Assembly (NCBI GenBank): GCA_030038255.1
Contig: JASHPH010000170.1
Span: 4,204-68,203, forward strand
Length of the DNA stretch: 64,000 nt
Origin: Candidatus Sulfotelmatobacter sp.
GTDB taxonomy: Bacteria; Acidobacteriota; Terriglobia; Terriglobales; Acidobacteriaceae
Reading direction: 5' to 3'
The number at the start of each line of letters is the position of its first letter. The first letter of the stretch is position 1. Shown here piece after piece: positions 9,410 through 19,224 of this stretch. The notes beneath the pieces are model-generated. The model was not told the origin of the DNA and searched no databases. It saw only the letters and a program-made list of their open reading frames with translations. The position numbers and the translations under genes are program-made.

Positions 9410-10717
9410 TTAGTGGTGCCCACCACCGCCACCGGAAGCGTGTCCGCCACCCGAAGCATGGCCCATCGATGAACCGGCCATCGAGCTGTGCGACATGCCG
9501 AAGCCACCCGCTCTGGCCGCGCTAGTCGAGAACTGGGGCGCCGAGTGCACCTGGGCAAATCCGTTCTTCGCCACTTCGTGGTTCAAATGACTGAGATTCG
9601 AGATCGAGCCACGCGGAATCCCGAATCCCGCTGAACCGTTGCGCACGGTCTGCGAAGTCGATGTCGCAGACATCGCTCCGCCCCTGCCCACCATGACCGT
9701 GTTCACCGTCCCTGTAGGCGCAATCAGCGGGTGAACGTGCACCAGTGGCGTCGGAGTATAAAGCGGAATCGGCGACCACATGTTCCATCCGCCGGGTTGC
9801 CACATCCAGCCGAAGCCCGGGACGAATATCCAGTTTCCATAGCGGTAAGGCAGCCATCCCCAGGGATAAGCCGACGCGAACATGTACCCCATGCCGGGAT
9901 ACCAGCCCCACGCGCCGTCCATAAACGGATCCCAACCCACGCCGGTGAAATAGGGCTGCCACAGCATGCCGAAGCCGGGAACGTTGTAGTAGCCGCCGTA
10001 ATAATTCAGGTCGCTCATCCCGTAGCCGTAAGGAGACGAATTATCCGACGGCTTCGTCCTGGCATACTGATCGTGGTACGCGATGGCCTCCCGATCCCAG
10101 GAGTCCAGCGGCGCTTCGGCAATGTTATCGGCGAGCGTGTACTTGTCATCGGCTGAAGGATCGAAAGTCGCCGTTCTATTCTTCGTGACGACCACCTTGC
10201 CGGAAGGACCTTCGGCCTCGACGTCGCCCTTGAAAACCGCCAGCCGGGCCGCCTGCTCTGATGTGTCGACGCGAAAATGAGCCCCGCGGTCGAGCGAAAT
10301 TTTCTCGCTTGAGAAATTCAGAGTAAAGACATCGCCGCTCTTGCCCAGCCAGTTGACGTATGCCATGCCCTCGACCAGGTTCAACACCGAGATGCGTTTG
10401 CCGGCGTCACTGAGACTGAGCGTGCTGAACTCGAGGTCCGTATTGGGCGCGATGCGCAGCGTGCTGCCGTCTTCGAACTCGACCTCAGCGCGACCGTTCG
10501 CGCCCGTTTTCAACTCAACGCCCTGCGTCACCGGAAGATTCAGGAAGGCGTTTTCGAATCCCGTGCCCGAATTCTTATTGATCTGCACCATTCCCTGCAC
10601 ATCGCTCAGGCGAACGATGCGGGCCTGCGAGTCGGCCAGAGCGGGCAGCGCGAAAAGCAGGCAGACCGCGGCAGAGAACAGAAGAAACCTGATTCTGGAG
10701 AAGACTGGAGTGGCCAT
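9410..10717 (-). CDS. Secreted FecR-domain protein with a Trp/Gly/Tyr/Pro-rich C-terminal region
   Basis: The ATG at 10717 gives the signal peptide MATPVFSRIRFLLFSAAVCLLFALPALA. RIVRLSDVQGMVQIN...GANGRAEVEFEDGSTLRIAPNTDLEF matches the FecR (PF04773-type) fold. The tail ends in GGGHASGGGGGHH. Confidence 0.65.
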   Translation of the reverse strand: MATPVFSRIRFLLFSAAVCLLFALPALADSQARIVRLSDVQGMVQINKNSGTGFENAFLNLPVTQGVELKTGANGRAEVEFEDGSTLRIAPNTDLEFSTLSLSDAGKRISVLNLVEGMAYVNWLGKSGDVFTLNFSSEKISLDRGAHFRVDTSEQAARLAVFKGDVEAEGPSGKVVVTKNRTATFDPSADDKYTLADNIAEAPLDSWDREAIAYHDQYARTKPSDNSSPYGYGMSDLNYYGGYYNVPGFGMLWQPYFTGVGWDPFMDGAWGWYPGMGYMFASAYPWGWLPYRYGNWIFVPGFGWMWQPGGWNMWSPIPLYTPTPLVHVHPLIAPTGTVNTVMVGRGGAMSATSTSQTVRNGSAGFGIPRGSISNLSHLNHEVAKNGFAQVHSAPQFSTSAARAGGFGMSHSSMAGSSMGHASGGGHASGGGGGHH

Positions 10718-10806
10718 GGCGACCCCCAAGACGTTCTTGACCTTATTAAAGCACGTTTCTTGGCGAGGAGTTGTAAAAGTTGAGTCTACGCCGTCTAGCC
10801 TCCCCG

Positions 10807-11451
10807 TCACCGGTTGCCGGCGCCGTTGCCCATCTCCATGATTCTCAGGGCGCGGGCCCGGACGATATTAATGACGGCGGGGTCGTCGTAGATCTCCTGC
10901 AGGATCGGCTTTACCGCCTGCAGCTCGGCTAGGTCGCCTTTGTGGGCCTGCGCTTCCATGGTCTTCAATTCTTCATCGAGGGCGAGCTTCTGGTAGCGGT
11001 GCAGGTGGACGAGCCGGCGGCCGAACTCCAGCGTGGCTCCGATATTCTGGAACAAAGTGGTTAGCTGCTGCACCGCAGGGACCGGAGAATAATTGTATTC
11101 GGCGGAGAAATCGCGGGTGTCGTCTTTGTAACTCAGCTTCTTGGTCCCGGTGAACGCCACCTTCTTGTTGCCCGCGTCGATTTTGCCGGAGAAATACTGG
11201 GCCTGCGCGGCGAGGTCCAGAATTTTATGCCGGGTCGCCTCCGAGAATTGGAACGTGGTCTGGTAGGTTTCGGTGTCCTCGGAATCTTGCGAAATCTTCC
11301 CGACGCACTCGTAGGCGCCGCTTCCGTCAGCCTTCAATGAAATGGAATAGTGCTCGGGGTCGGAGCCGGGGAAGTCCTGCGTGTATGTGACCGCGCTGGA
11401 GTCAGCTGCCAGAGCCGGAGTCGCCACGCATCCGAGCCACATCGCGACCAA
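10807..11451 (-). CDS. Hypothetical secreted protein; start uncertain
   Basis: Coding-looking ORF with no motif I recognise. The frame stays open upstream to 11538 and would encode a better signal peptide (..WTSGLAVGLVAMWLGCVATPALA), but there is no canonical start codon there (only CTG). The track start at 11451 is a TTG. Confidence 0.45.
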   Translation of the reverse strand: MVAMWLGCVATPALAADSSAVTYTQDFPGSDPEHYSISLKADGSGAYECVGKISQDSEDTETYQTTFQFSEATRHKILDLAAQAQYFSGKIDAGNKKVAFTGTKKLSYKDDTRDFSAEYNYSPVPAVQQLTTLFQNIGATLEFGRRLVHLHRYQKLALDEELKTMEAQAHKGDLAELQAVKPILQEIYDDPAVINIVRARALRIMEMGNGAGNR

Positions 11452-11638
11452 CCCAACCGCAAGACCACTCGTCCATCCCGCGCACAGGTTGGTTTGACGA
11501 GTAACGATGGTCGATCTGGGACTCAGGCCGGACTTTCCTCAGCGGCTGAAGCCGCGATCCATCTAAACTGCTGGCGGCGCGACCGAAGTCGTGCCCTTCC
11601 CACGTTAGAAGCGGGACTTCGCTCTCAGGTTACTAATT

Positions 11639-12142
11639 CTACCGCCCGACGGCACGCCGTCGCTGGAATGTTGTTGCAGTGTGAAGATGGCAGATGGCAA
11701 TGGCGAGAGCGTCCGAGACATCCAGAGGCTCGGGAGGAGCAGGAAGCTCGAGGAGCCGGGTCACCATGAGCTGCACCTGGTGCTTTTCGGCGCGTCCGTA
11801 GCCGACCACCGACGATTTGATGGTCAGCGGCGAGTATTCGGAAACTTCGAGCCCGGCGGCTGCGGCGGCCAGCATGGCGACACCGCGAACCTGCCCCAGC
11901 TTCAGCGCCGACTTCACGTTGAGGGCATAGAAGACGTCCTCGATGGCGACTTCATCGGGCTGGTGCTCGGCGATTACCGCTCCCAACTGCGTATAGATAC
12001 GCGACAGGCGGCGGGGTAGAGCCTCGCGCGGGGAAAGCTTGATGGCGCCGCAGGCAAGACAGCGAAGCTTGCCGGCAGGATGCATCTCGACTACGCCATA
12101 ACCGGTATACTCCCCGCCACAATCTACTCCCAGGACTCGCAT
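11639..12142 (-). CDS. ruvC: Crossover junction endodeoxyribonuclease RuvC
   Basis: MRVLGVDCGGEYTGYGVVE...VAIEDVFY...SDALAIAICH shows the RuvC catalytic Asp/Glu pattern. 167 aa. Confidence 0.9.
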   Translation of the reverse strand: MRVLGVDCGGEYTGYGVVEMHPAGKLRCLACGAIKLSPREALPRRLSRIYTQLGAVIAEHQPDEVAIEDVFYALNVKSALKLGQVRGVAMLAAAAAGLEVSEYSPLTIKSSVVGYGRAEKHQVQLMVTRLLELPAPPEPLDVSDALAIAICHLHTATTFQRRRAVGR

Positions 12143-12185
12143 GTCTTTGCAGTGTATCGCGGAAACGGCCGGGTTCCTAGCTCAA

Positions 12186-12225
12186 CCGGCAGGAGGTGGT
12201 GTCCTAAGGACACTACCCGGCAGGA
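12186..12225. repeat. Hairpin (10-bp stem with one G-T pair, 3-nt loop) flanked by a 9-nt direct repeat CCGGCAGGA
   Basis: CCGGCAGGA (12186-12194), GGTGGTGTCC-TAA-GGACACTACC (12195-12217), CCGGCAGGA (12217-12225). Lies in the divergent ruvC/pfk intergenic region. Confidence 0.4.
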
Positions 12226-12414
12226 ACACGACGCGCCCTTTCTGTATGAATCTCGAAAAGTCCCGCTCAATTTCTGCTTCCCTTGTTTTGATGTTACCCT
12301 AGACTTTCCAGACGAGTGACACTGGTGTGTGAGTCCCATTTCATGCAGGCCTCGACGCTGAGTGCACTCCGGGGCTTTTCATTCAGCATTCTCTAAGTTC
12401 CTGCCAAGGAGCAG

Positions 12415-13488
12415 ATGATGAAAATCGGCATGTTAACCGGCGGAGGCGATTGCCCCGGCTTGAATGCGGTCATTCGCGCCGTGGTCCGCAAAGGAGTCTT
12501 CCATTATCACGATGAATTTGTGGGCTTCCTCGAAGGGTGGCGCGGCATGGTCGAGGATATGAGCACGCCGCTGGATCTGGACACCGTCAGCGGCATTCTG
12601 CCGCGGGGCGGGACTATCCTGCGCACCTCACGAACCAACCCCTCCAAGCGCCCGGACGGCCTCGACCGCTGCATCGCCACGCTAGGCAAGCACAAGATTG
12701 AAGCGCTGGTAGCGATCGGAGGCGACGACACGTTGTCGGTCGCACAGAAGCTGCACGAAAAAGGAGTCAAGGTGGTGGGTGTCCCGAAGACGATTGACAA
12801 TGACCTGGGAGGCACCGACTACACCTTCGGATTCGACACCGCCTGCAACGTGGTGTGCGAGGCTATTGACCGAGTACACACAACCGCCGAGGCGCACAAC
12901 CGCGTGATGGTGGTCGAGGTCATGGGACGGGATGCCGGCTGGATCGCGCTCTACAGCGGCATTGCCGGCGGCGCTGATGTGATTCTGATTCCCGAGCGGC
13001 CGTTCGACGTGGACAAGGTCGCCGACTCGATTCGACAGCGGCACGAGCGAGGCCGTTATTTTTCGATTATTGTCGTCGCTGAGGGTGCAAAGTTTTCGTC
13101 AGAGTCGGGGAATGGCGCTCCCATTCTGCAGGATATGGGCAAAGACGAATTCGGTCATGCCAAGCTGGGCGGTATCGCCAACATTCTGGCGCGGGAGATC
13201 GAGAAACGCACCGGGTTTGAAACACGCGCGGTGGTGCTGGGACACATCCAGCGCGGCGGTTCGCCCAGCGCCTTTGACCGCGTGCTGGCGACGCGCTACG
13301 GTCTGGGCGCCATTGACATGGTGCATCGCAGCGAGTTCGGCTGCATGGCGGCGTTGCGCGCGAACAAGATTGTTTCCATCCCGCTGAAAGAGGCCATCGC
13401 CCGCAATCGCACCGTGGACGACGAAATGATTGAGGTTGCCGAGGGGTTGTTTGAAGAAGTCGGAGTGAAAGAAGCAGCAAGCAAGTAG
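12415..13488 (+). CDS. pfkA: 6-phosphofructokinase (group III type; active-site residues suggest PPi dependence)
   Basis: MKIGMLTGGGDCPGLNAVIRAVV, IGGDDT and PKTIDNDL motifs. 357 aa. Confidence 0.85.
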   Translation: MMKIGMLTGGGDCPGLNAVIRAVVRKGVFHYHDEFVGFLEGWRGMVEDMSTPLDLDTVSGILPRGGTILRTSRTNPSKRPDGLDRCIATLGKHKIEALVAIGGDDTLSVAQKLHEKGVKVVGVPKTIDNDLGGTDYTFGFDTACNVVCEAIDRVHTTAEAHNRVMVVEVMGRDAGWIALYSGIAGGADVILIPERPFDVDKVADSIRQRHERGRYFSIIVVAEGAKFSSESGNGAPILQDMGKDEFGHAKLGGIANILAREIEKRTGFETRAVVLGHIQRGGSPSAFDRVLATRYGLGAIDMVHRSEFGCMAALRANKIVSIPLKEAIARNRTVDDEMIEVAEGLFEEVGVKEAASK

Positions 13489-13548
13489 CTACGGTACACT
13501 ACACAGCATGGCCACGTATCGTAGTGTGACAGGCCGTGCTTTGACGGA

Positions 13549-15322
13549 TTGTTGTTTGACCGATCACGGTCTGACAAATCATCGCCTGACGGCAAGAATC
13601 TTCGCGTCTCCCGCCCCGTGACAGCACCCATCCTGGAAGCGTTGCTGGTGACCGCGTGTATAGCGTTGACCGTCCGCTCGCTACGAAAGAAGGTCCCCGG
13701 ACGTGAGCCGCCTGTCTTTCTACCGTGGTACGGCCGTTTTTCCCGACTTGCCCGCCGAAAAACCCTGGCCGTTTTTCTCGTCGGAGCAGGCACTTTGGCT
13801 CTCCGCGTAGCCATCATTCCGATCTGGAGCGTTCCTCAGCCCGCCTGGCATGACGAGTTCAGCTACTTGCTGGCCGCCGATACGTTTGCTCATGGCCGGC
13901 TGACGAATCCCACGCACCCGATGTGGATTCACTTCGAAAGTTTCCACATCATCCAGCACCCGACCTACATGTCGATGTATCCGCCCGGCCAGGGATTGGT
14001 GCTCGCGGCCGGCCACTTACTGGGAAACCCATGGACTGGCGAACTGCTCACCACGGCGCTGATGTGTTCCTGCGTGTGCTGGATGCTGCAGGCTTGGGTA
14101 CCGGCGCCTTGGGCGCTGCTGGGAGCGTGTCTGGCAGCATTGCGCGTAGGAGTTCTGAGCTACTGGATGAACGGGTTTTTCGCGACTTCGCTTCCGGCCC
14201 TGGGCGGAGTGCTGGTAGTGGGAGCCTTGCCGCGAATTCAACGCTTTGCCCGTATACGCGATGCGTTGCTGATGGGTCTGGGCCTGGCCATTCTAGCCAA
14301 TACGCGGCCGTATGAAGGTTTCGTTTTCAGCGTTCCGGTCGTTGCCGTCCTGCTGGTTTGGATGATCTCGCAAAAGCGGCTGCCGGCTTCGGTTGTCATC
14401 AGCCGCGCGCTTCTGCCGCTCGTCTTACTTCTCGGAGTGACGGGCGCCGCGACGAGCCACTACTTCTGGCGCGTTACCGGGAATGCGTTCGTCATGCCTT
14501 ACCAGGTCGACCGTCAGACCTATGCCATCGCGCCCTACTTTGTGTGGCAGAAGCCTCGGCCGGAACCGATTTATCACCACCCCGAGATGCGCGACTTCTA
14601 CGTCAATTACGAACTGAAAGACTATGAGTCCGAGGGCGAGCGCGCTCGGATTCGTGCAGCACATTGGCCGCAAGTTAAGCGATCTCTGGTCATTTTATGT
14701 GGGGCCCGTCTTCACTTTGCCGATGCTCGCCCTCCCGTGGCTCTTTCGCGACCGAAAGATGCAAGTGCCGCTTCTAATCGGCGGTACGGTTGCCGTCGGA
14801 TCGTTGATCGAAACCTGGACGCAGCCGCACTATCTCGCGCCGGCTTTCGGGCTGTTCATTCTCTTTCTCGTCCAATCCATGCGCCATCTGCGCCTGTGGC
14901 GATGGCGCGGACAGCCGGTTGGCTACGGCCTGGCACGAGCCATGCCTCTGGTCTGCGCCGCCATGATTGTTCTACGTGTTTCGGCGGTCGCCGCCGGCGT
15001 AAGGATCGAACCGCTCGGCTCGCGGGGAATTTCGCCGAGGGGCGTTGTGCAACGCGAACTCGAAGCGATGCCGGGCGAGCAACTCGTGATCGTGCACTAC
15101 GGTCCCAAGCACATTCCGCATGAAGACTGGGTGTATAACAAGGCCGACATTGATGCCGCGAAGATTGTCTGGGCGCGGGATATGGGTGCGGACGGCAACA
15201 AAGAATTGCTGGCTTATTTCAAGGATCGCCACGCATGGCGCGTCTATCCTGACGAGCATCCTGCCTGGCCGGAGGACTACGTCCCAGCTCCAGGAAAGAC
15301 TGGGTTCGCGGCGACTCCTTGA
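13549..15322 (+). pseudogene. GT-C/PMT-like polytopic membrane protein, copy 1, interrupted by a frameshift near 14625-14640
   Basis: ORF 13549..15123 matches the N-terminal ~360 aa of the downstream paralog, and ORF 14624..15322 (next frame) matches its C-terminal ~225 aa. Compare RASALGFVQHIGRKLSDLWSFYVGP with [24 protein letters not shown]. After the junction the first frame becomes Arg/Ala-rich junk. The start is a TTG and is uncertain. Confidence 0.7.
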
Positions 15323-15334
15323 CGTCGGCAGAGA

Positions 15335-17098
15335 ATGATGATCGAATGCCTCCTCGCCCACGGCCAAATGCAGATCCTCTATCAGCGCATCGCTCCGGAG
15401 TTGATCGCGGTCATCGAACTGATCCTGACGGTTGCCGCGGGATTATTAATTCTGCACGCACAACGGCGTGCGAAGAGCCATCGCAAGAGGTCAGACCCCC
15501 AATATCTTGAGCGCGCATTCACCTCCCTGGCGAACCGGCGGAGCCTCGCGGTTCTGGCAGTTGGCGCGGGCGTCGTGGTAATTCGCGTTGGACTCATTCC
15601 CGTCCTTGGGATTTCTCAACCACGATGGAACGATGAGTTCAGCTACCTGCTGGCCGCCGATACGTTTGCTCATGGACGGCTCACAAATCCCACTCATCCG
15701 ATGTGGGTTCATTTCGAAAGCTTCCACATCATCGAACACCCGACTTACATGTCCATGTATCCGCCGGCTCAGGGATTGGTGCTGGCCGCGGGGCAGCTGC
15801 TCGGGCATCCGTGGATCGGACAGATCCTCATCACGGGGGCGATGTGCGCGGCGATCTGCTGGATGCTGCAGGCCTGGCTGCCGCCGCGATGGGCCTTGCT
15901 TGGCGCTGTCCTTGCTGCATCGCGGCTCGGCATCCTCAGTTACTGGATGAATACTTATTGGTGCGCATCCGTCGCGGCGCTGGGTGGCGCGCTTATGCTG
16001 GGAGCGTGGCTGCGGCTGCGGCGGGATGTCTCCGTAAGCCATTCGCTGATTCTCGCCCTCGGTCTGGTGATTCTGGCCAACAGCCGTCCGTACGAAGGAT
16101 TCGTTTTCGCCCTTCCAGTGGCGCAGGTCATGTGCGTCTGGCTGGTTGGGCCTGATCGTCCGCCGCTCCGCGCAGGCTTGCTGAGCGTGGCCGCTCCAAT
16201 CGTCCTGCTGCTACTCGTGGGTGGTGCGGCCACGGGACTCTACTATCACCGCGTCACGGGCTCGCCCTTTGTTATGACCTACCAGATGAACCGCTCTCAG
16301 TATGCAATGGCCCCATACTTTATTTGGCAGAAGCCGCGGCCGGAGCCCATGTATCACCATGCAGTGATGCGTGACTATTATCGCTGGGAACTGGGGGAGT
16401 TTTACCGCAATCGAACGCTAACCGGCTACGTGCAACGCGCCGGTGAGAAGCTTGTGAGTTGGTGGCAGTTCTATCTGGGTCCACTGTTGACCGTGCCCTT
16501 TCTGGCGCTATGCCCCCTGATTCGGAGCAGAAAGACGAGGCTGCCCCTTTTGCTCTGTGGCACCATGGCTGCGGGTTTCGCGGTCCAAACATGGACTCTG
16601 CCCCATTACTTCTCTCCGGCGACAGGCGCGCTCTACATTTTGCTTGTGCAAGGGCTGCGTTACCTGCGGACGTGGCGCAGAAGTCACAGTTCTCCCGGTC
16701 GGCGCTTGGTTCGCGCTGTCCCGCTTCTGGCGTGCGGAATGATTCTGCTCCGTGTGATGGCAGTCCTTAGCCACACACAGATCGAACCGGAGTGGCCGCG
16801 CGGCAATCTGGATCGGGCGCGGTTGCTGACGCAGCTCCGTCAGCTTCCGGGCAGCCATCTCGTGCTGGTCCGCTACGGAGATCACCACGATGTGGACCAC
16901 GAATGGGTATGGAACGAAGCTTCGATTGACGACGCAAAGGTCGCGTGGGCTCGCGACATGGGCGAGCAGAATCAGGAGCTGCTGCAATATTTTAAGACCC
17001 GGCATGTGTGGCGGATGAATGGCGACGATGCCCCGCCGCGGCTGGAAGCGATCCCCGCTGAGACCACCGTTGTCCAAAGTCACGCGGGCGGCCAATGA
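15335..17098 (+). CDS. GT-C/PMT-like polytopic membrane protein, copy 2 (intact)
   Basis: 587 aa with many TM helices. W(N/H)[25 protein letters not shown] follows TM1 and resembles the acidic DE loop-1 motif of PMT/ArnT-type GT-C enzymes. The family assignment is tentative. Confidence 0.6.
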   Translation: MMIECLLAHGQMQILYQRIAPELIAVIELILTVAAGLLILHAQRRAKSHRKRSDPQYLERAFTSLANRRSLAVLAVGAGVVVIRVGLIPVLGISQPRWNDEFSYLLAADTFAHGRLTNPTHPMWVHFESFHIIEHPTYMSMYPPAQGLVLAAGQLLGHPWIGQILITGAMCAAICWMLQAWLPPRWALLGAVLAASRLGILSYWMNTYWCASVAALGGALMLGAWLRLRRDVSVSHSLILALGLVILANSRPYEGFVFALPVAQVMCVWLVGPDRPPLRAGLLSVAAPIVLLLLVGGAATGLYYHRVTGSPFVMTYQMNRSQYAMAPYFIWQKPRPEPMYHHAVMRDYYRWELGEFYRNRTLTGYVQRAGEKLVSWWQFYLGPLLTVPFLALCPLIRSRKTRLPLLLCGTMAAGFAVQTWTLPHYFSPATGALYILLVQGLRYLRTWRRSHSSPGRRLVRAVPLLACGMILLRVMAVLSHTQIEPEWPRGNLDRARLLTQLRQLPGSHLVLVRYGDHHDVDHEWVWNEASIDDAKVAWARDMGEQNQELLQYFKTRHVWRMNGDDAPPRLEAIPAETTVVQSHAGGQ

Positions 17099-18381
17099 AC
17101 ATCGACGGAAAACCACTTGTCTGGCTGAATGCGAAGCGTCTGCGCGCCCACGGGACAATCCTTGCGGCGTGCCTGTGGTCGCTATATGTGTGGACGCTCG
17201 CCACGCCCGGCCTGCGAGATCGCAACGGCAATCTTAAGGGAACCGATTTTCTGCACTTCTACACGCTTGGCTCGCTGGCGATCGAACATCGCGGGACTGA
17301 TTTGTACGACATGAGCGCGCAGGCAGCGCTGGCCGCGCAGCGCGTCCCGCAGTCTGCCGGCATCCGGTACTTGCCGCTGTATCCGCCGCATGTCTCGCTT
17401 TTCTTCGCGCCGCTGGCACTTCTTCCCTATCCTGTGGCGCTGGCGCTGTGGTGGGGATACACCACACTGGTCTACGGTATTTGCTGTTACAGCCTGTGGC
17501 TGGCGTGTCCGCGATTGCGCGAATACGGCCTGCTCGTGGCGATTCTTGCGGTTGCTTTTCCAGCGTTCTTTCACTTGATCGCCTGGGGACAAACTTCGGC
17601 CCTGGCATTGGCGTGCTTCACGGTAATGTTCTTCCTTTTGCGCGAGCAGCGCGAATTTGCCGCGGGACTCGTGCTGGGTTGCCTGATTTTCAAGCCACAG
17701 TTGGGATTGGCAGCCGCAGCCATTTTCATCGGCATCGGCGCATGGAGGATTTTGGGCGGAGCAGCGCTCTCGGCAGCGGTGCAACTTTTGGGGGGAGTGG
17801 TCTACTACGGCGTGGAACCGCTGCGTCGCTGGTTCGACCTGCTGCGGAACATTCGCGCGGTGATGCCGTTAGCCGAGCCGAAGCCTTACCAGACGCATTG
17901 CCTGCGGACGTTCTGGTCGATGCTGATCCCGTGGCCGCAATTCTCTTTCGTCCTCTACCTCCTGAGTGCAATCGCGATCCTCGGGCTGACGATCGCCTGC
18001 TGGAGGAAGGGTTCATCAGCGCCGCTAGCTCTACGCTATTCGGCGCTGCTCGTAGCAACGGCGCTGGTGGCGCCGCATTTGACCGTCTACGATCTGGTGA
18101 TCCTGGCTCCGGCATTTTTGTTGCTGGCTGACTGGCTGTTGGGGCAGCCGTCAAATTCTTCCACTCGATGGCTGGGAACCCTGCTTTACCTGATCTATGC
18201 CCTGCCGCTGATTGGGCCGCTGGCGCGATGGACGCACGTGCAACTGTCGGTCATCGCTATGACCGCCAGTTTGTATTTAATCGCACAGATGAGCCGCGCG
18301 GCAGGATCAGAAATCAGTGGCCGAACAGAAACGTCAGCGCTTCGGGAAAACGCCGCGCCCACGCGGATTCGTGATGCGTAG
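17095..18381 (+). CDS. GT87/DUF2029-like membrane glycosyltransferase
   Basis: The ATG at 17095 overlaps the upstream stop (ATGA). [26 protein letters not shown] after TM1 and a polytopic profile are typical of the DUF2029 mannosyltransferase-like family. Confidence 0.6.
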   Translation: MNIDGKPLVWLNAKRLRAHGTILAACLWSLYVWTLATPGLRDRNGNLKGTDFLHFYTLGSLAIEHRGTDLYDMSAQAALAAQRVPQSAGIRYLPLYPPHVSLFFAPLALLPYPVALALWWGYTTLVYGICCYSLWLACPRLREYGLLVAILAVAFPAFFHLIAWGQTSALALACFTVMFFLLREQREFAAGLVLGCLIFKPQLGLAAAAIFIGIGAWRILGGAALSAAVQLLGGVVYYGVEPLRRWFDLLRNIRAVMPLAEPKPYQTHCLRTFWSMLIPWPQFSFVLYLLSAIAILGLTIACWRKGSSAPLALRYSALLVATALVAPHLTVYDLVILAPAFLLLADWLLGQPSNSSTRWLGTLLYLIYALPLIGPLARWTHVQLSVIAMTASLYLIAQMSRAAGSEISGRTETSALRENAAPTRIRDA

Positions 18382-19168
18382 CGCCGTCTTCAATGACTAA
18401 GCGCAATCGCTTTTCGTCGAGTCCCCGGTGCCGCAGAATACCAGCGAGTTCGCGGACATCGTCCACCACGCTCTGATCGCGATCCTTCCGTCCGGCTTCG
18501 GCAGTGCCTACGCCGAGAAAAACGCGTTCCGGCCAGCACTGGACCTTGCGGCTCTCCTTGATCGCCTGCCGGCTTGAGGCCCACAGCGAGGGGCTTTCGA
18601 GCAGCAGCCGGCCAAAAACTCCCGGGCGCACGCTGGCGGTGTAAAGGGCGACGAGCGCGCCGAGAGACGAACCGCCCAGGCCGGTGTTCTCCGGCCCGGT
18701 GGCGACCCGGTAGTTGCGAGCCACAAACGGCATGACTTCCTGGATCAAGAATTTCGGATAACGGTTGCCCTGTGCCCGCAGCGTGATCGGGTGCAGCGAT
18801 CGGTGCGGCATGTATTCGCGAATGCGGTCTCGACCGGCGTTATCGAGACCTACAATGATCATCGGGGGAGTTGCTCCCTCGCGGATCAGCTTGTCCGCCG
18901 TCTCATCCACTTGCCACTCGACGTGAGTGAATGAGCTCGCTGCTTCAAACAGGTTTTGGCCATCGTTCAGGTACAGCACCGGATATCGCCGCCCGATGTT
19001 CGCGGGGTCGTCATAGCCTGGGGGCAGCCAAACGCGAAGGTAACGGCTGTTGCGGAACGTGCGGCTGCGAAACTGGTGCAGGCGCAAGTCTCCCGTTGCC
19101 CCTTGTGCAGCGGTAAACGGTGCGATGGCCGGAACAGGGAAGCTTTGAGTCTGCTGGATTTCTGCCAT
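18314..19168 (-). CDS. Alpha/beta hydrolase, 'putative esterase' (enterochelin-esterase/IroE-like) family
   Basis: YLRVWLPPGYD...YPVLYLNDGQNLF... and GGSSLGAL (GxSxG nucleophile elbow). 284 aa. Confidence 0.7.
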   Translation of the reverse strand: MAEIQQTQSFPVPAIAPFTAAQGATGDLRLHQFRSRTFRNSRYLRVWLPPGYDDPANIGRRYPVLYLNDGQNLFEAASSFTHVEWQVDETADKLIREGATPPMIIVGLDNAGRDRIREYMPHRSLHPITLRAQGNRYPKFLIQEVMPFVARNYRVATGPENTGLGGSSLGALVALYTASVRPGVFGRLLLESPSLWASSRQAIKESRKVQCWPERVFLGVGTAEAGRKDRDQSVVDDVRELAGILRHRGLDEKRLRLVIEDGATHHESAWARRFPEALTFLFGH

Positions 19169-19224
19169 TCAGGGAAAAAGTTCTTACAGAATACAACGGC
19201 AGGCTGTGGAAGGGGGCTTAGACC

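Noticed and set aside
14600-14660. Programmed +1 ribosomal frameshift as the explanation for the split GT-C paralog
   Set aside because: No recognisable slippery or shifty-stop context is present (for example a CUU-UGA type). The sequence is gac tat gag tcc gag ggc gag. A mutation or sequencing indel is more parsimonious.
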